Part shown: positions 38,846-51,742 of the stretch, in pieces | How positions within the stretch are numbered: the stretch's first letter is position 1 | Layout: every line of letters starts with the position of its first letter | DNA from: Octopus bimaculoides | Taxonomy: Eukaryota | Direction: 5' to 3' | Length of the DNA: 64,000 nucleotides | Assembly (NCBI RefSeq): GCF_001194135.2 | Contig: NC_068985.1 | Span: 32,603,952-32,667,951 of the forward strand | The notes under the pieces: generated by a model | Seen by the model: the letters and a program-made list of their open reading frames with translations, nothing else | Told to the model about the DNA's origin: nothing | Databases searched by the model: none | Position numbers and translations under genes: made by a program

Positions 38846-39836
38846 ATATTTGGATCAAAACAGTGTGGTTCAAATTCGTTGGTGGTCCGAGAGTTTCAAA
38901 CATGATGCTAATCTTCAATCATTTTGAATTTGAATGAAAGAAGTTAATTGTTGTTACTGTAAGATTGGCTGCAATTGGTCAAGGAAGATCCCGTAGTGGT
39001 ATACTCATATATCAGTGATGACAGTTAATTGGAAAACACTGCATGGTGAACAGGAAATTGACCACGTGGTGGACAGGAAAATAATCAGGTTGTTGGAGGG
39101 GAAGTAGGAAGAGGCGGTATGCGCAAGTATATGGTGACAGAGCACCACCATATTCATCCAGCGCCCCCAACTGCCAGCTCTGCCTCTATGAAAAACGTAT
39201 ATCCTCCAACAAGCCACGGTATCCATCAAGAAATATGGTTTATTTTATTGCTGTCACCAACGGTATGCCCTTCTGGCAAATTTCAAGCCTCTGACAGCCG
39301 ACGGCCGGGATATACCAGTTGCTACTCTGCACCAAGGTCACTATCAACAACCAACCCCATGAGCAGGACTGCCAATTACCAATTCCCAACACATACCAAC
39401 CCGCAATGCTTGTTACGTGTGGATATGTGTATGCATGAGTGTGTGTGCATGCACACGCATGTCTATATGTATAGGTGTGTGGATGTGGGTGCCCATGTAC
39501 AGATGCGCACGCTCGCATCAATACAGACATGCACACAAAACCATATGAGCATGTCCACACACCCACATACAACAATATACTTGTGCACCCTGCCCCTTCA
39601 TACTTCCCCTCCAAAGACCTGACCAATTTCCTGTTCACCATGCAGTGTTTTCCAACTAACTGTCGTCATTGATATACAGTTATACCAACATCAAGCTATG
39701 ACACCAATTGCAGTCCACCTTATGGTAATAGCAATCATCTCTTTTCATTCAAATTCAAAATGGCTGAAGATTAGCATCATACTTGAAACTCTCAGAGTAC
39801 CAACGAATTTGAATCAAACTGTTTTGATCTATACAT
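38846..39836 (+). mobile_element. Penelope-like element 3' remnant with an inverted copy of its terminal repeat
   Basis: APPYSSSAPNCQLCLYEK at 39142 and CCHQRYALLANFK at 39249 resemble the PLE GIY-YIG C-terminus. Arms at about 38846-39135 and 39570-39836 are reverse complements. Confidence 0.7.
39747..39814 (+). ncRNA. Type I hammerhead ribozyme motif, intact core
   Basis: ATTCAAATTC-aaaa-TGG CTGAAGA [stem II] GAA ACTC-tca-GAGT A CCA-ac-GAATTTGAAT. Confidence 0.75.
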
Positions 39837-39889
39837 GTAACTCCCAATAAATGTGTTGAGTGCCCTTCTTTCGTTTGTCCACTCACTCA

Positions 39890-40455
39890 CTCATAATATA
39901 TATATTTATACACACACATACAATGGGCTTCTTTCAGTTTCCGTCTACCATATCCACTCACAAGGCTTGGTTGACATGAAGTTATTAGAAGACACTTGAC
40001 CAAGGTGCCATGCAATGGGACTAAACCTGGAACCATTTGGTTAGAAAGCAAGCTTGCCACACCTGTGCTTATATATATATATAGAGGTACATGTGTGGTA
40101 AGAAGCTTGCTTTCTAACCACATGGTTCCAGGTTAAGTCCAACTGCATGGCATCTTGGGGGCAAGTGTCTTCTACTATAGCCTTGGGCCAACCAAAGCTT
40201 TGTGAATGGATTTGGTACACGGAAACTGGAAGAAGCCTGTCGTGTATATTTGTGTGTGTTTGTACCCCTGCCATTGTTGACGACCAATGCTGGTGTGTTT
40301 ACATCCCTGTAATTTAGTAGTTCAGCAAAAGAGACCGATAGAATAAGTACTAGGCTTACAAAGAATAAGTCCTTGGTGTCAATTTCTTCAACTAACACCC
40401 TTTAAGGCAGTGCTCCAACATGGCCGCAGTCAAATGACTGAAACAAGTAAAAGAA
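39890..40455. mobile_element. Head-to-head SINE family A pair (minus head, then a full plus copy from about 40084)
   Basis: The two SINE heads are reverse complements separated by a short (TA)n. Confidence 0.75.
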
Positions 40456-40801
40456 GATATATATGCATAAATACACTGTTCTGTTATAGGGATCGACAAA
40501 AAAATATTCTATCTAGCAAGGGATAAATATTTAATAAACACAGAATTTAAACATGACCTACGATTAAATGCTCTGATAAGTACAATAGTTGAATAAGCTA
40601 GTATTACCTGCTATTGTGCAATCTTTCAGGCTCAAAATAAAAAATGGCTGGTTTCTGGGAAAAGGTAATTTGTTCTCTCTTGTTTTTTTCTCAGAGAACA
40701 GCTATGTTTATTTTGAGCCTGAAATTATGAAACTTATATCTTACATTCAAATCGTGTTTCTTAAATGAATGAGTGTGTGTGTTTGTATGTATATATATAC
40801 T

Positions 40802-41020
40802 CTTACTCTTTTACTCTTTTACTTGTTTCAGTCATTTGACTGTGGCCATGCTGGAGCATCGCCTTTAGTCGAGTAAATCAACCCCAGAATTTATTCTTTG
40901 GATGCCTAGTACTTATTCTATCGGTCTCTTTTGCCGAACCGCTAAGTTACGGGGACATAAACATACCACCACCGGTTGTCAAGCGATGTTGGGGGTACAA
41001 ACACAGACACACATACACAG

Positions 41021-41059
<39 letters not shown>

Positions 41060-41222
41060 TACGACAGGCTTCTTTCAGTTTCCGTCTACCAAATCCACTC
41101 ACAAGGCTTTGGTCGGCCCGAGGCTATAGTAGAAGATACTTGCCCAAGGTGCCACGCAGTGGGAATGAACCCGGAACCATGTGGTTGGTAAGCAAGCTAC
41201 TTACCACACAGCCACTCCTGCG
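40802..41222 (-). mobile_element. Full-length young SINE family A
   Basis: Complete head, central microsatellite and (GTAAAAGA)n tail. Confidence 0.88.
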
Positions 41223-41566
41223 ACTATATATACATAAAGTAATAAAAGAAAATAGAGAAGAAATATGGTGGATACTAGGTTAATTTTATTTGTATCCTGA
41301 TAAAAAATAATAATAGATTTAAGATGTAAAGGAACCGAATCAACAAAAGAAATAAACATTAAAGAATCTTACACATGTTTCAATCTAGCCATTAGGTTTC
41401 GATCATGACCATTCAAGCGATATTAGATGTAAAATAACCCTACATTATGTCCGGATATCATCAGGGAGTGATGTTTATTTTCTAGTGGTGAACATCAAAA
41501 TAACTAAGATGAAGACCGTATTTTCAAATATTCAAATCACGTAAACAAAAATTTATTAGGATAAGG

Positions 41567-42912
41567 CATCGAGCAGGTAGAAACATTAGCACGCCAGGTG
41601 AAATGCTAAGCGGTATTTCATCTGTCTTTACGTTCAGAATTCAAATTCCACCGAGGTCAATTTTGCCTTTCATCCTTTCGGGGTTGCATACTGGGGTCAA
41701 TCGAATTGACTGGCCCCCTCCCCAAAAACTTTGGACCTTGTACCTAGAGTACAAAAGAATAATTTATTAGGATGCCGAGTTCATGTGGGGAGATATCATC
41801 TAATAAAATCTTGCAAAAGTACTATAATGTACTTGAAAAATAGACTTATGTGTTAAGGGTCAAAAAGTAGTAGTTGTTTAATTATAATATGGGCTGTTAA
41901 GGGTATTGAAGACAAATTGAGAGATGAAATAGATTTTTGAAGGGGAAAAAAACATAAATGATTTGGGAAATAAAAAAGAAAGATAGTTTGATATTATATA
42001 CTAAAATAACTATTAATTATTTAGCATTTCAATGTACTAATGTATACATTCCATTATTCAGAGAAAAATTATTGTTAACATACTTCGGAGATGGATTTAA
42101 ATATTTATGCGAAAAAGAAAAAGTAAAGGTATAGAAAGAAAAGTGGGAGAAGAAACACATAATTTTTTATGTGAGGTATATAAAAAATTAGTGCACTTAC
42201 TTGAGAGGAATTTACATTTTTATGTGGGGAAAAAAATTAAAATTTTCTTTGAGAACTCACCCAAATTGATGATTTAGTTCTAACAAAACCTGTAGATTTA
42301 GGGAAGAAATTTCAGACAAGCAAAACAGAATTGAAGGGCCTTGAAGTAAATTTCAGCCAAAGATAGACAGTCTTGAATGACTGACTACATTGATAAAAAT
42401 AAAAAAAATTTGTTTCCTTGCAAGAACAAATAGTAAAAGCAAACATTAAAAGTTGAGGTCCATGAATTGTGACAAAAAAATATTCTTTTCTACTCTAGGT
42501 ATAGGGCCCAAAATTTTGGGGGAGGGAGGCGGCGATTAGATCAACCCCAGTACACAACTGGCACGTAATTTATCGACCCCAAAAGGATGAAAGGCAAAGT
42601 CAACCTTGGCAGAATTTGAACTCAGAACATAAAAACAGACGACATACCGCTAAGCATTTCACCCAGCGTGCTAACATTTCTTATTTCTTTATTGCCCACA
42701 AGGGGCTAAACATAGAGGGGACAAACAAAGACAGACAAAAGGATTAAGTCGATTACATTGACCCCAGTGCGTAACTGGTTCTTAATTTATTGACCCCGAA
42801 AGGATGAAAGGCAAAGTCGACCTCAGCGGAGTTTGAACTCAGAGCATAACAGCAGACGAAATACCGCTAAGCATTTCGCCCGGCGTGCTAATGTTTCTGC
42901 CAGCTTGCCACC
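41567..42912. mobile_element. SINE family B copies (plus about 41567-41758; two minus copies about 42490-42680 and 42690-42912)
   Basis: Same consensus as 2872-3325. Confidence 0.75.
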
Positions 42913-43099
42913 TTTGTAATAAAAAATATTACCAATGGACTGGGAATTCAGGTTTCAAATCTTTGGCTGGGCTTCCTGTTACCTTTCAAGGAGATAGCTA
43001 AAAATCAATGAACAAAGTAAGAAATAACAAATTTGAAATCTTGTATTTTAATTTAAGAACTGCACATATCTGGCAGGCCAGTGGCACTGGCCAAATTTA

Positions 43100-44060
43100 C
43101 TTGTCACCATTGGAGAAGAAATGGAGGCATCAGTGCAAGGATGTGTTGATGTTGAACGGGTCTAGTTAGACAGGTTGGTGTTGTTCTGTCTTCTAGCTGA
43201 GCCTCCAGTTGATCAATGAATGTGTTTGTTTTCTCATTCATATCCAGAAGTTCTTGAGTTTTTACTGAGTATTTTAAATGGGCCTGAATATGAGCTGTAG
43301 TGGAGCTCATAAGGTATCATTGCAAATGAATACATACATTCATTCAGTGTTGAACATAGATGGAATATGAGACATGACATTTTAAGGATTTAGAGCAATG
43401 GATAGCTTTGACATGGTACACAGTATATGATGGAGACACTGTTGGTGAAATCACTCCTGCCTCTTTACATCTCAGGTAAGTAACCCAAGTTTCAACTTCA
43501 TGTAACAATGAAGACAAAATATTGCAGACCTTCAGCTTTGTCTTGGTTAAAATTCCATGCTGAGGCCATAAATGTCTATACAATTTTCCAAATGCATCAC
43601 TGGCTTTCTTGTTTCAGAGGGAGATTTCAACTTCAAGAGTATTTGTCCATGTTCACAGTACTGCCAAAATACATGAATCTATCCACACCTGCAATTTCTG
43701 TCCATATACATGTTTGGCTCAGAGTAAGCTTTACCTGATACAGGTTGGTTCCTTATGACTTCTTTTTTTTTTCAGGCTAATTGTTAGACCTAGTACACTG
43801 CATGCTGTTGAGGAGTCCATAAAATGCTGCATGTCACTGGGAGTGAGTATCAAGGTCAGTCATCAACATACAGGAATTCTCATATTTGTAATGAGAATAA
43901 CTTTGTTTTGGCAGCAGCCCATCTTATATTCAACATCCTACTTGTTCAGTATCTGATGTGAACTTTATGTAAGCAATCTTCAAAAGCCATCAAGAATGGC
44001 ATAGTAAAGTACAATGCGAACAGAGTTGGTGTTGGTGTATCCCTGCGCTTAACACTATTT
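43100..44060 (-). pseudogene. Decayed RTE-BovB reverse transcriptase fragment
   Basis: PTLFALYFT, GLTISLKK and TKTKLKVCNILSSLLHEVETWVTY, with stops and frameshifts. Confidence 0.6.
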
Positions 44061-44859
44061 GTCACTCTACTCTTAGAAAGGGAGGCTTAACTTTAAGAAT
44101 TTCATGCATATCTTATTTATGAATATAGTTATGTAAGTTATGGCCATCTTGAAGCAACCGTCAAGGCAAGACATTACATAAAATTATTTTCTTTATCAAA
44201 GTCTAACTTTGTTTATCTGGCTTACAATCTGTGTGTGCGCCTATATATACTTTTATTCTCTTACTTGTTTCAGTCGTGGCCATGCTGCAGCACCACCTTA
44301 AATGATTTTAGTCAAAGAAATTGACTCCAGGACTTATTTTTTGTAAGCCTAGTGCTTATTCTGTAAGTTACAGGGATGTAAACACACGAACATCGACCTG
44401 GGAAGGCCTTGAAATCAATGTTACCAACTGGGGACTATGTGTGTCCCAGTGATAATAAAAAGACTCAAAGGAGGTCTGCAACGAAATAATTTTACTCAAC
44501 ACTTTGCAAGTGAATCAGTGGAGGCAAAGATGCGTCTCATTTACTTGACAATTTATGCACCACATTGCAGAAATCACAATGTAAGTATATCTGAAAGGAT
44601 AGTCTTACACTGTTGTACCGTTGAATTACAAATAATGCTCATCTGTTATGTTCGGGTGACCCTATAGCTTCCAATAGTACAACTGTATTCGTCTTTGCTT
44701 AGGAAAAATGACTAAATTGTGGGTGTGAAGTGCCCATGAAGGGGTCTTTGTAACTTCTAAGAAGAAATTTTACTTTATTTGTGTGTAATGGTTAAAATTT
44801 CATCAACATCAAAAATATATGATTGGTCTGCTTTCTGGCATCCTTCTAGCCTGGAATCT

Positions 44860-46360
44860 AAAGTCACTAATGACTAGCCTATGCCGGGGGATGCATTCTT
44901 CATGCTGTCTGGTGAGAATGTAATTGATCTGGCTAGCATAGGCACCTGATTGGTAGTTTATCAGGTGGCTGGATGGCTTCTTGAAGTTGGGTCAACATTT
45001 GGCAGACTCTCTTCCTCCCATTCAGTAGTCTTTCATAATGGCATTTCCAAGCCTCTTTCTTTACAGAATCATTAAATGCAAATGCACCATTATCCATGTG
45101 GACACATTTCTCTCCTATGACATCACGATTTTCTCTCACACGTCTTGCAATCCAAAACACTTCAGTTCTTTGGTCCTCACATCACTGAACATAGGCAAAC
45201 TTTTCTGCTTCTCTCTTGGCTAGATATACCTGTCTCCTAACTTCCCTTCTGACTATCTGATACAGTTCCCTGCTACCCCCACTCTTCCAGACCTGTTTCT
45301 TTGCTCTAATGGCCTTGTCTACCACACTGTTCCACCACTATGTTACCCTAGGTCTGGACGGGACTTTGCACCAGCCACAGATTTGGTCTGTGGCACTCAG
45401 CAAGCTATGCCGCAGGAATTCCCAGTTGCCCTCTATGTCGCAAGTCTGTAGTTCCTCCTCCCTCTCATCAAATTTCTCAATTAAGATGTCCCTAAATCTC
45501 TGACTATATGAAGGGTCTTTAAACTTCCAAATCCTTCTTTTCCAGATTGGTCTGCTTCTTGACATCCTTCTGGCCTCGAGTTTAAAATCACTAATGACTA
45601 GTCTATGCTGGTGGGGTACATTCTTCACCAGGGAGTATTTTTGTATTTACGAGCAACCATACATCCCACTGTCTGGTGAGAATGTAATCCATCTTGCTAG
45701 CACAGTCACCCAACTGGCAGGTTATCAGGTAGCTGGCTGGCTTCCTGAAGTTGGTGTTGTACATCAATAGGTTATTGCATAATAGAACTCCAGTAGCCTT
45801 GTTCCCTCTTCGTTTCAGGAACCAATTCCATGGCCCCCATGTACACCATGGAAGATACCAGGCTGCTGTCCGATATACCCGTTGAAATTCCCAGCCACAA
45901 AGATGAGATTGTTGTCACTTGTCTTTGAGGTAGCCTACAGAAGAATATCATAAAAGTGGTCCTTATGTTCATTTGGTAGGCCTGTTTGTGGGGCATAGGC
46001 AGAGATAATTGTCGCTATACTATTCTGCAAGAGTAACCTGAGCTTAAGTACTCTATCACACAATCTGACTACCTCTATGACCTTATCTACCTATTTCTCT
46101 GCAAGAAGTATTTCCATACCACCTACCCCGTTCCTGTTATCTTCCGAGAAGATTTTATACCTATGTGTCTTGCTTGTGGGGAACCCAGCTGAAGCTCTGC
46201 TCCACCTTATCTCTTGAATGCAACTTACATCAACATGCTTCCATTCAAGCATCTCAACAATCTTGCTAGACCTACCTTTCAATTTGCCTACATTGACAGT
46301 GCTAACTCTGAAAGGGACATGTGCAGTAACATGGGAAGAAGATATGGTATTCAGCACCTA
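44860..46360 (-). mobile_element. RTE LINE 5' part (AP endonuclease and linker), decayed, with a duplicated segment
   Basis: RVSTVNVGKLKGRS...DVSCIQEIRW; MDYILTRQ; HQHRLVISDF; WKCHYERLLN. Segment 44860-44995 repeats 45575-45755. Confidence 0.8.
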
Positions 46361-46789
46361 AAAAGAAGGTTTCAATGATTGTTTGGTAACAGACATGTCA
46401 CATCAGTTGTTCTCACTTTAACCTACATTCAAACATGTTAAAATCGTTGCCCCTATCGGAGGTGAGTGTAATATAAACATTGTAAATGTAAGTGTTATGA
46501 GCATTGTAAATATAACTGTTATTGCTGCAAGCATAAATAGGTCAATGTCTAAATTAAGTAAATGAGCCGCTATTGGTTTGTCCATTATATATAGAGTGAA
46601 AAAGTTGTTAATTTATTAAATAACACATCTCTTTTTGGTGCATGCAGTAGTGTGATAATTGGTGGTGGAGGGAGCCATGCAAGTCTTCTGGTACAGAAGC
46701 AAGGCAGAGCTATATAGGGATTTCTGGTATAAGAGATTTCCAGTATAGGAGGTGGGGGAGGGGGCAGGTATAGGTTGTGGGGCCTGGAA

Positions 46790-47290
46790 TTGACCATGTT
46801 CAAATCGTGCTTTTTACGTGCCACCAACATGGGAGTCAGTCAGGGGGCACTGACCACATCTACGATATTGGATTTACTTGACTCAACAGGTCTTCTCAAG
46901 CATATCATATCACCTGACGCATCTTAGCTGGGCTGGACATGCATGGCTGCGATCTCACTTTAGTTGTCGAGTCTTCTCAATCACAGCATATCTCCAAAGG
47001 TCTCGGTCTCCTGTCATTGCCTCTGTGACACCCAATGTTTGAAGGTCATGCTTCACCTCATCCTATGTCTTCCTGGATCTACCTCTTCCACAGTTAGGGA
47101 GTGGCACTTCCTCACACAGCTGTCGTCATCCATTTATAACACATGACCATACCAGTGCAGTCGTCTCTCTTACACTCTGTTGTGTAAGCACACTGACATT
47201 ACACATCCAGCGAATCATACTAGCTTCATTTCTTTCAAGCCTATGCATGTCCTCAGCAGTTATGGCCCATGTTTCACTGCTACACACAAA
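46790..47290 (-). mobile_element. RTE LINE 3' fragment
   Basis: SETWAITAEDMHRLERNEASMIRWMC plus 3'UTR. Confidence 0.75.
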
Positions 47291-47559
47291 AACTACTTAT
47301 TCTATTAATCTTCCTGTGATTCCACTGCATCCCTTATGTGTTCATAGCTTACATATGGAATTTCTGTGTGCAGGACAACTCAACTTGACTCAACACCAGG
47401 AAAAGTGATTAATAAATAATTTATTCATTTTATAACATTATCAGGTATTTATAAAAGACTAATTTAATACATGACATAAATTTTAAAATTCAAATAAAAG
47501 TAATTGAGAAACTATACAGTTTTAATACAAGGCTAAAATTTAAATGAGAAATTTACTGA

Positions 47560-47850
47560 AAGTTGTATGCAATTCCCTTCAAATATTGTAGGAGATCATT
47601 CTGAAAAAGATGAAACAATATGCAGAATTCTATCATCTGCCTTCATATACTTCTTCAGTTTAGGGGGAAGGGGATGACCTCCAATCAGTTGCTCAAAAAT
47701 TGCATCTCAGTTTCTTTGCACCTTATGTAGCCCATTTATGAATCTCCATATTGTGGGGTGCTCCATTCCCAGCTCTGTTTGGAGTCTTTTCTTTGCTGCT
47801 TCAGCATGGTTATTTGTCCAGTCTTCCCCGAGCAACATCCTCTTGTAAAA
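47560..47850 (-). pseudogene. Mutator-like (MULE) transposase C-terminal fragment
   Basis: TNNHAEAAKKRLQTELGMEHPTIWRFINGL...KLKKY...DDRIL...QYLKGIAYNF, with stops and a frameshift. Confidence 0.7.
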
Positions 47851-48059
47851 GATTAATCTTTTTATAAATTTCTGATAATATTTCGAATTTTAAAAGTTCT
47901 GCTTTTTTTTTTTTAATTCAAGCCATGTATTAATCTATAATCTTTTTATAAATTTCTGATAATGTTATAAAACAAATAAATTATTTATTAATCAATTTTC
48001 ATGGTGTTGAGTTGTCCCAATTTGGGAATTTCTACTTACACCTTTTTTTACCTACTGGG

Positions 48060-48660
48060 CAGAGCCATTTCCCTGATGGGATTAGTAATTTGTCTGCTTC
48101 CCTGCTTACTAGTACTTTGGTCTTTGCTAAATTAACTATAAGGCCCTTAAATTCCCATCCTTGCTTCCACACCTAAACTTTCTTCTCTAATTCTAGTAGA
48201 GATTCAGTTATAAAAACAAGGTCATCAGCATAAAGGAGCACCCAAAGGTGCTTAAATTCCTTTGTCATGGCCTGGAGGAATATAATGAACAAGAGGGAGC
48301 TAAGAACTGATCCTTGGTGAACACCTACCTGCACACTAAATTCATTGCTATACTCACTGTTGACTTTTACCTTACAGCATTCCTATACAAGGCTTGGATA
48401 GCTCTCACCAACCACTCATCTAGCTTCCACATTGATTAACAGATGAGAGAACGAAGGACCCTGACAAAGGCCTTCTCCATGTCAACAAATGCCAGTTACA
48501 GCAGTTTATTTTTTGCTAAATGCTTCTCCTGCAGTTGCCTTTCTGGGAAGATAGGATCTGTAGTGCTTCACCTTGATACTAAACAAAACTGTATCTCATC
48601 TGGGTTAACTCTCTTCCTAATTAGTTGAGCTCTGACCCTTTCTGAAACGTTCATAACCAT
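48060..48660 (-). pseudogene. RTE reverse transcriptase core fragment
   Basis: FVDMEKAF, VGVHQGSVLS and LLYADDLV. Confidence 0.8.
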
Positions 48661-49598
48661 GACGCTTTCTATTCTAAAAATATTTTAGTCAAAGATTAGG
48701 AGCTACAAATTAAACAATGGTTAGTAACTTTCTCTCATACTTTTTAACAGAAAACCAATTAATCATCATGATGCTAATGACAAAATGAAGAAAAGTAAGC
48801 AAACAATATAACAAATTATTTATGTATCACAGTTTATTTGAAATAATGGCCAAAATATACAATGTTCCTTAATAAAAATGAGATTAAAAACATTTAGTGA
48901 GATATATATATACATAAAAACACATACATATATACATACATACATACACATATATATATATATATATATACAAACATATACATATATATATATGCACATA
49001 TGTGTGTGCATGTGTACATTGAGTCAATGTTGCTGAGGACAGCAGTTGTATGGTGAGCTCACATAACCAAGGGAAGCCTAAACTGAGGTACAAAGACACT
49101 CTGAAAAGAAACTGCAAATGGAGCGGCATTAGTCCACATGAACTTGAAGCCTCTGCTACAGACAGTCAAGTGTGGAGGTCTCTCAACTCATGAGCAGCAG
49201 ATACCTTTGAAAATGACCAACGAACACCATCTAAATTCTGCAAAAGAAAGACGCCACAGGGAAGCATCTGCCTCAATCCAATCAACTGACTATTGCTGTA
49301 ACATCTGCAGGTGCTTGTTTGGTTCCAGGTTTGGACTGCGGAGTCACATGTGCTCTCATTGCTGCAAATACAGACTTTGTCATCATTGGACCCTGAATGA
49401 CACCAACACACACATGTATATATACATATATAATGTAACCACACACATGCTATTGGTGATTTCTTTTCCTTCTTTAGACTTTTCCCTTTCTCACAAAGAG
49501 TTATGCTCGAAACATCAAACTCTCTCTTTTCAACAACCATCAACCTTGTGCACGTCCGCTTGTTTTCAATTAATTTTATGATTCATTTCTTTTGAATT

Positions 49599-49602
<4 letters not shown>

Positions 49603-49649
<47 letters not shown>

Positions 49650-50820
49650 TATACATACATACATACACACACACACATATATATGTATATACATATATGT
49701 ATACATCTATATACACATACATACATATATATATATACATACACATATATATATATATACACATACAAATATATATATACATAAATACATATATATATAT
49801 ATATACNNNNNNNNNNNNNNNNNNNNNNNNNNNNNNNNNNNNNNNNNNNNNNNNNNNNNNNNNNNNNNNNNNNNNNNNNNNNNNNNNNNNNNNNNNNNNN
49901 NNNNNNNNNNNNNNNNNNNNNNNNNNNNNNNNNNNNNNNNNNNNNNNNNNNNNNNNNNNNNNNNNNNNNNNNNNNNNNNNNNNNNNNNNNNNNNNNNNNN
50001 NNNNNNNNNNNNNNNNNNNNNNNNNNNNNNNNNNNNNNNNNNNNNNNNNNNNNNNNNNNNNNNNNNNNNNNNNNNNNNNNNNNNNNNNNNNNNNNNNNNN
50101 NNNNNNNNNNNNNNNNNNNNNNNNNNNNNNNNNNNNNNNNNNNNNNNNNNNNNNNNNNNNNNNNNNNNNNNNNNNNNNNNNNNNNNNNNNNNNNNNNNNN
50201 NNNNNNNNNNNNNNNNNNNNNNNNNNNNNNNNNNNNNNNNNNNNNNNNNNNNNNNNNNNNNNNNNNNNNNNNNNNNNNNNNNNNNNNNNNNNNNNNNNNN
50301 NNNNNNNNNNNNNNNNNNNNNNNNNNNNNNNNNNNNNNNNNNNNNNNNNNNNNNNNNNNNNNNNNNNNNNNNNNNNNNNNNNNNNNNNNNNNNNNNNNNN
50401 NNNNNNNNNNNNNNNNNNNNNNNNNNNNNNNNNNNNNNNNNNNNNNNNNNNNNNNNNNNNNNNNNNNNNNNNNNNNNNNNNNNNNNNNNNNNNNNNNNNN
50501 NNNNNNNNNNNNNNNNNNNNNNNNNNNNNNNNNNNNNNNNNNNNNNNNNNNNNNNNNNNNNNNNNNNNNNNNNNNNNNNNNNNNNNNNNNNNNNNNNNNN
50601 NNNNNNNNNNNNNNNNNNNNNNNNNNNNNNNNNNNNNNNNNNNNNNNNNNNNNNNNNNNNNNNNNNNNNNNNNNNNNNNNNNNNNNNNNNNNNNNNNNNN
50701 NNNNNNNNNNNNNNNNNNNNNNNNNNNATACATATACATATATATACATATATAAATAGACACACACACACACACACACATATGTACATAAACACATATA
50801 TATGTGTATATACATATATG
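49603..50820. repeat. (TA)/(CA) microsatellite surrounding a roughly 920-nt N gap
   Basis: Seen directly. Confidence 0.9.
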
Positions 50821-51658
50821 TGTCTTGCTATTTCTACCCTTTAGGATTACCCACCAATCATGTCTTTTTGGCCCTGAGGCTATACTTTGCTCATCTCTTA
50901 TTTATTTCATCTTAAATTACATTTATTCACTTTTGTATGTCCACCTCTGTATTGCTTGTTATCCATGTATTGTTTTCTCTTGGCCCTCTATTGTCTGCAA
51001 CTTTTGCGGGCACAGTATGGGAAGCCCCTCAGTCTTATAATTAATGTTGCAAAACTGAGTAATACCACCTGTTTGATAACTAATGAACAATAAGGGACCT
51101 TCTTTGTCTGTCTTCCGTCCATTTGTGCACTAAATATACATTATATATTTATACTTGACATTTGTGTATTTACAATACATTTTTTCATTTATATATATAT
51201 ATATATAAATAAAACATACAAACAAGCATACAAAGGATTTTCGTCCAATGAAGTAATGTAATACGTATGTACTATAAGTGCTCAGTTTGGTTTACCACTA
51301 AAACTCCAACTTGAACTGCAACTGAAAACAAGTGAAGCTCACTAACAAATCTGGCCAGAAATGGTTCATCATGGAGCAGGTATAAATATATTAGAAACAG
51401 AAAAGACAGAACATGTATCACTTTAGAAGCTATAATTTATTATTATTATTATTATTACTACTACAACTGAATTATAAATTAAGGTTTCTAAAGTGATACC
51501 GCATGCTTTGCTTGTCTGTTCTGTTTCTAAGATACACACACACACACACATATATACACATAAATAATAGTCATTACATATCTTTCTTTATTGTAGTAAA
51601 TTTGACTTACAGCTGTTTCCAGTAGTTATAGGTTCATTGTTGATAGGANNNNNNNNNN

Positions 51659-51742
<84 letters not shown>

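Noticed and set aside
51013-51068. Possible further decayed hammerhead (AAAACTGAGTA); a similar trace on minus at about 51280-51380
   Set aside because: Core boxes are too degenerate to support a call.
51391-51530. Short inverted repeat around an (ATT)n spacer
   Set aside because: About 38-bp imperfect arms with no identifiable family or function; probably repeat debris.
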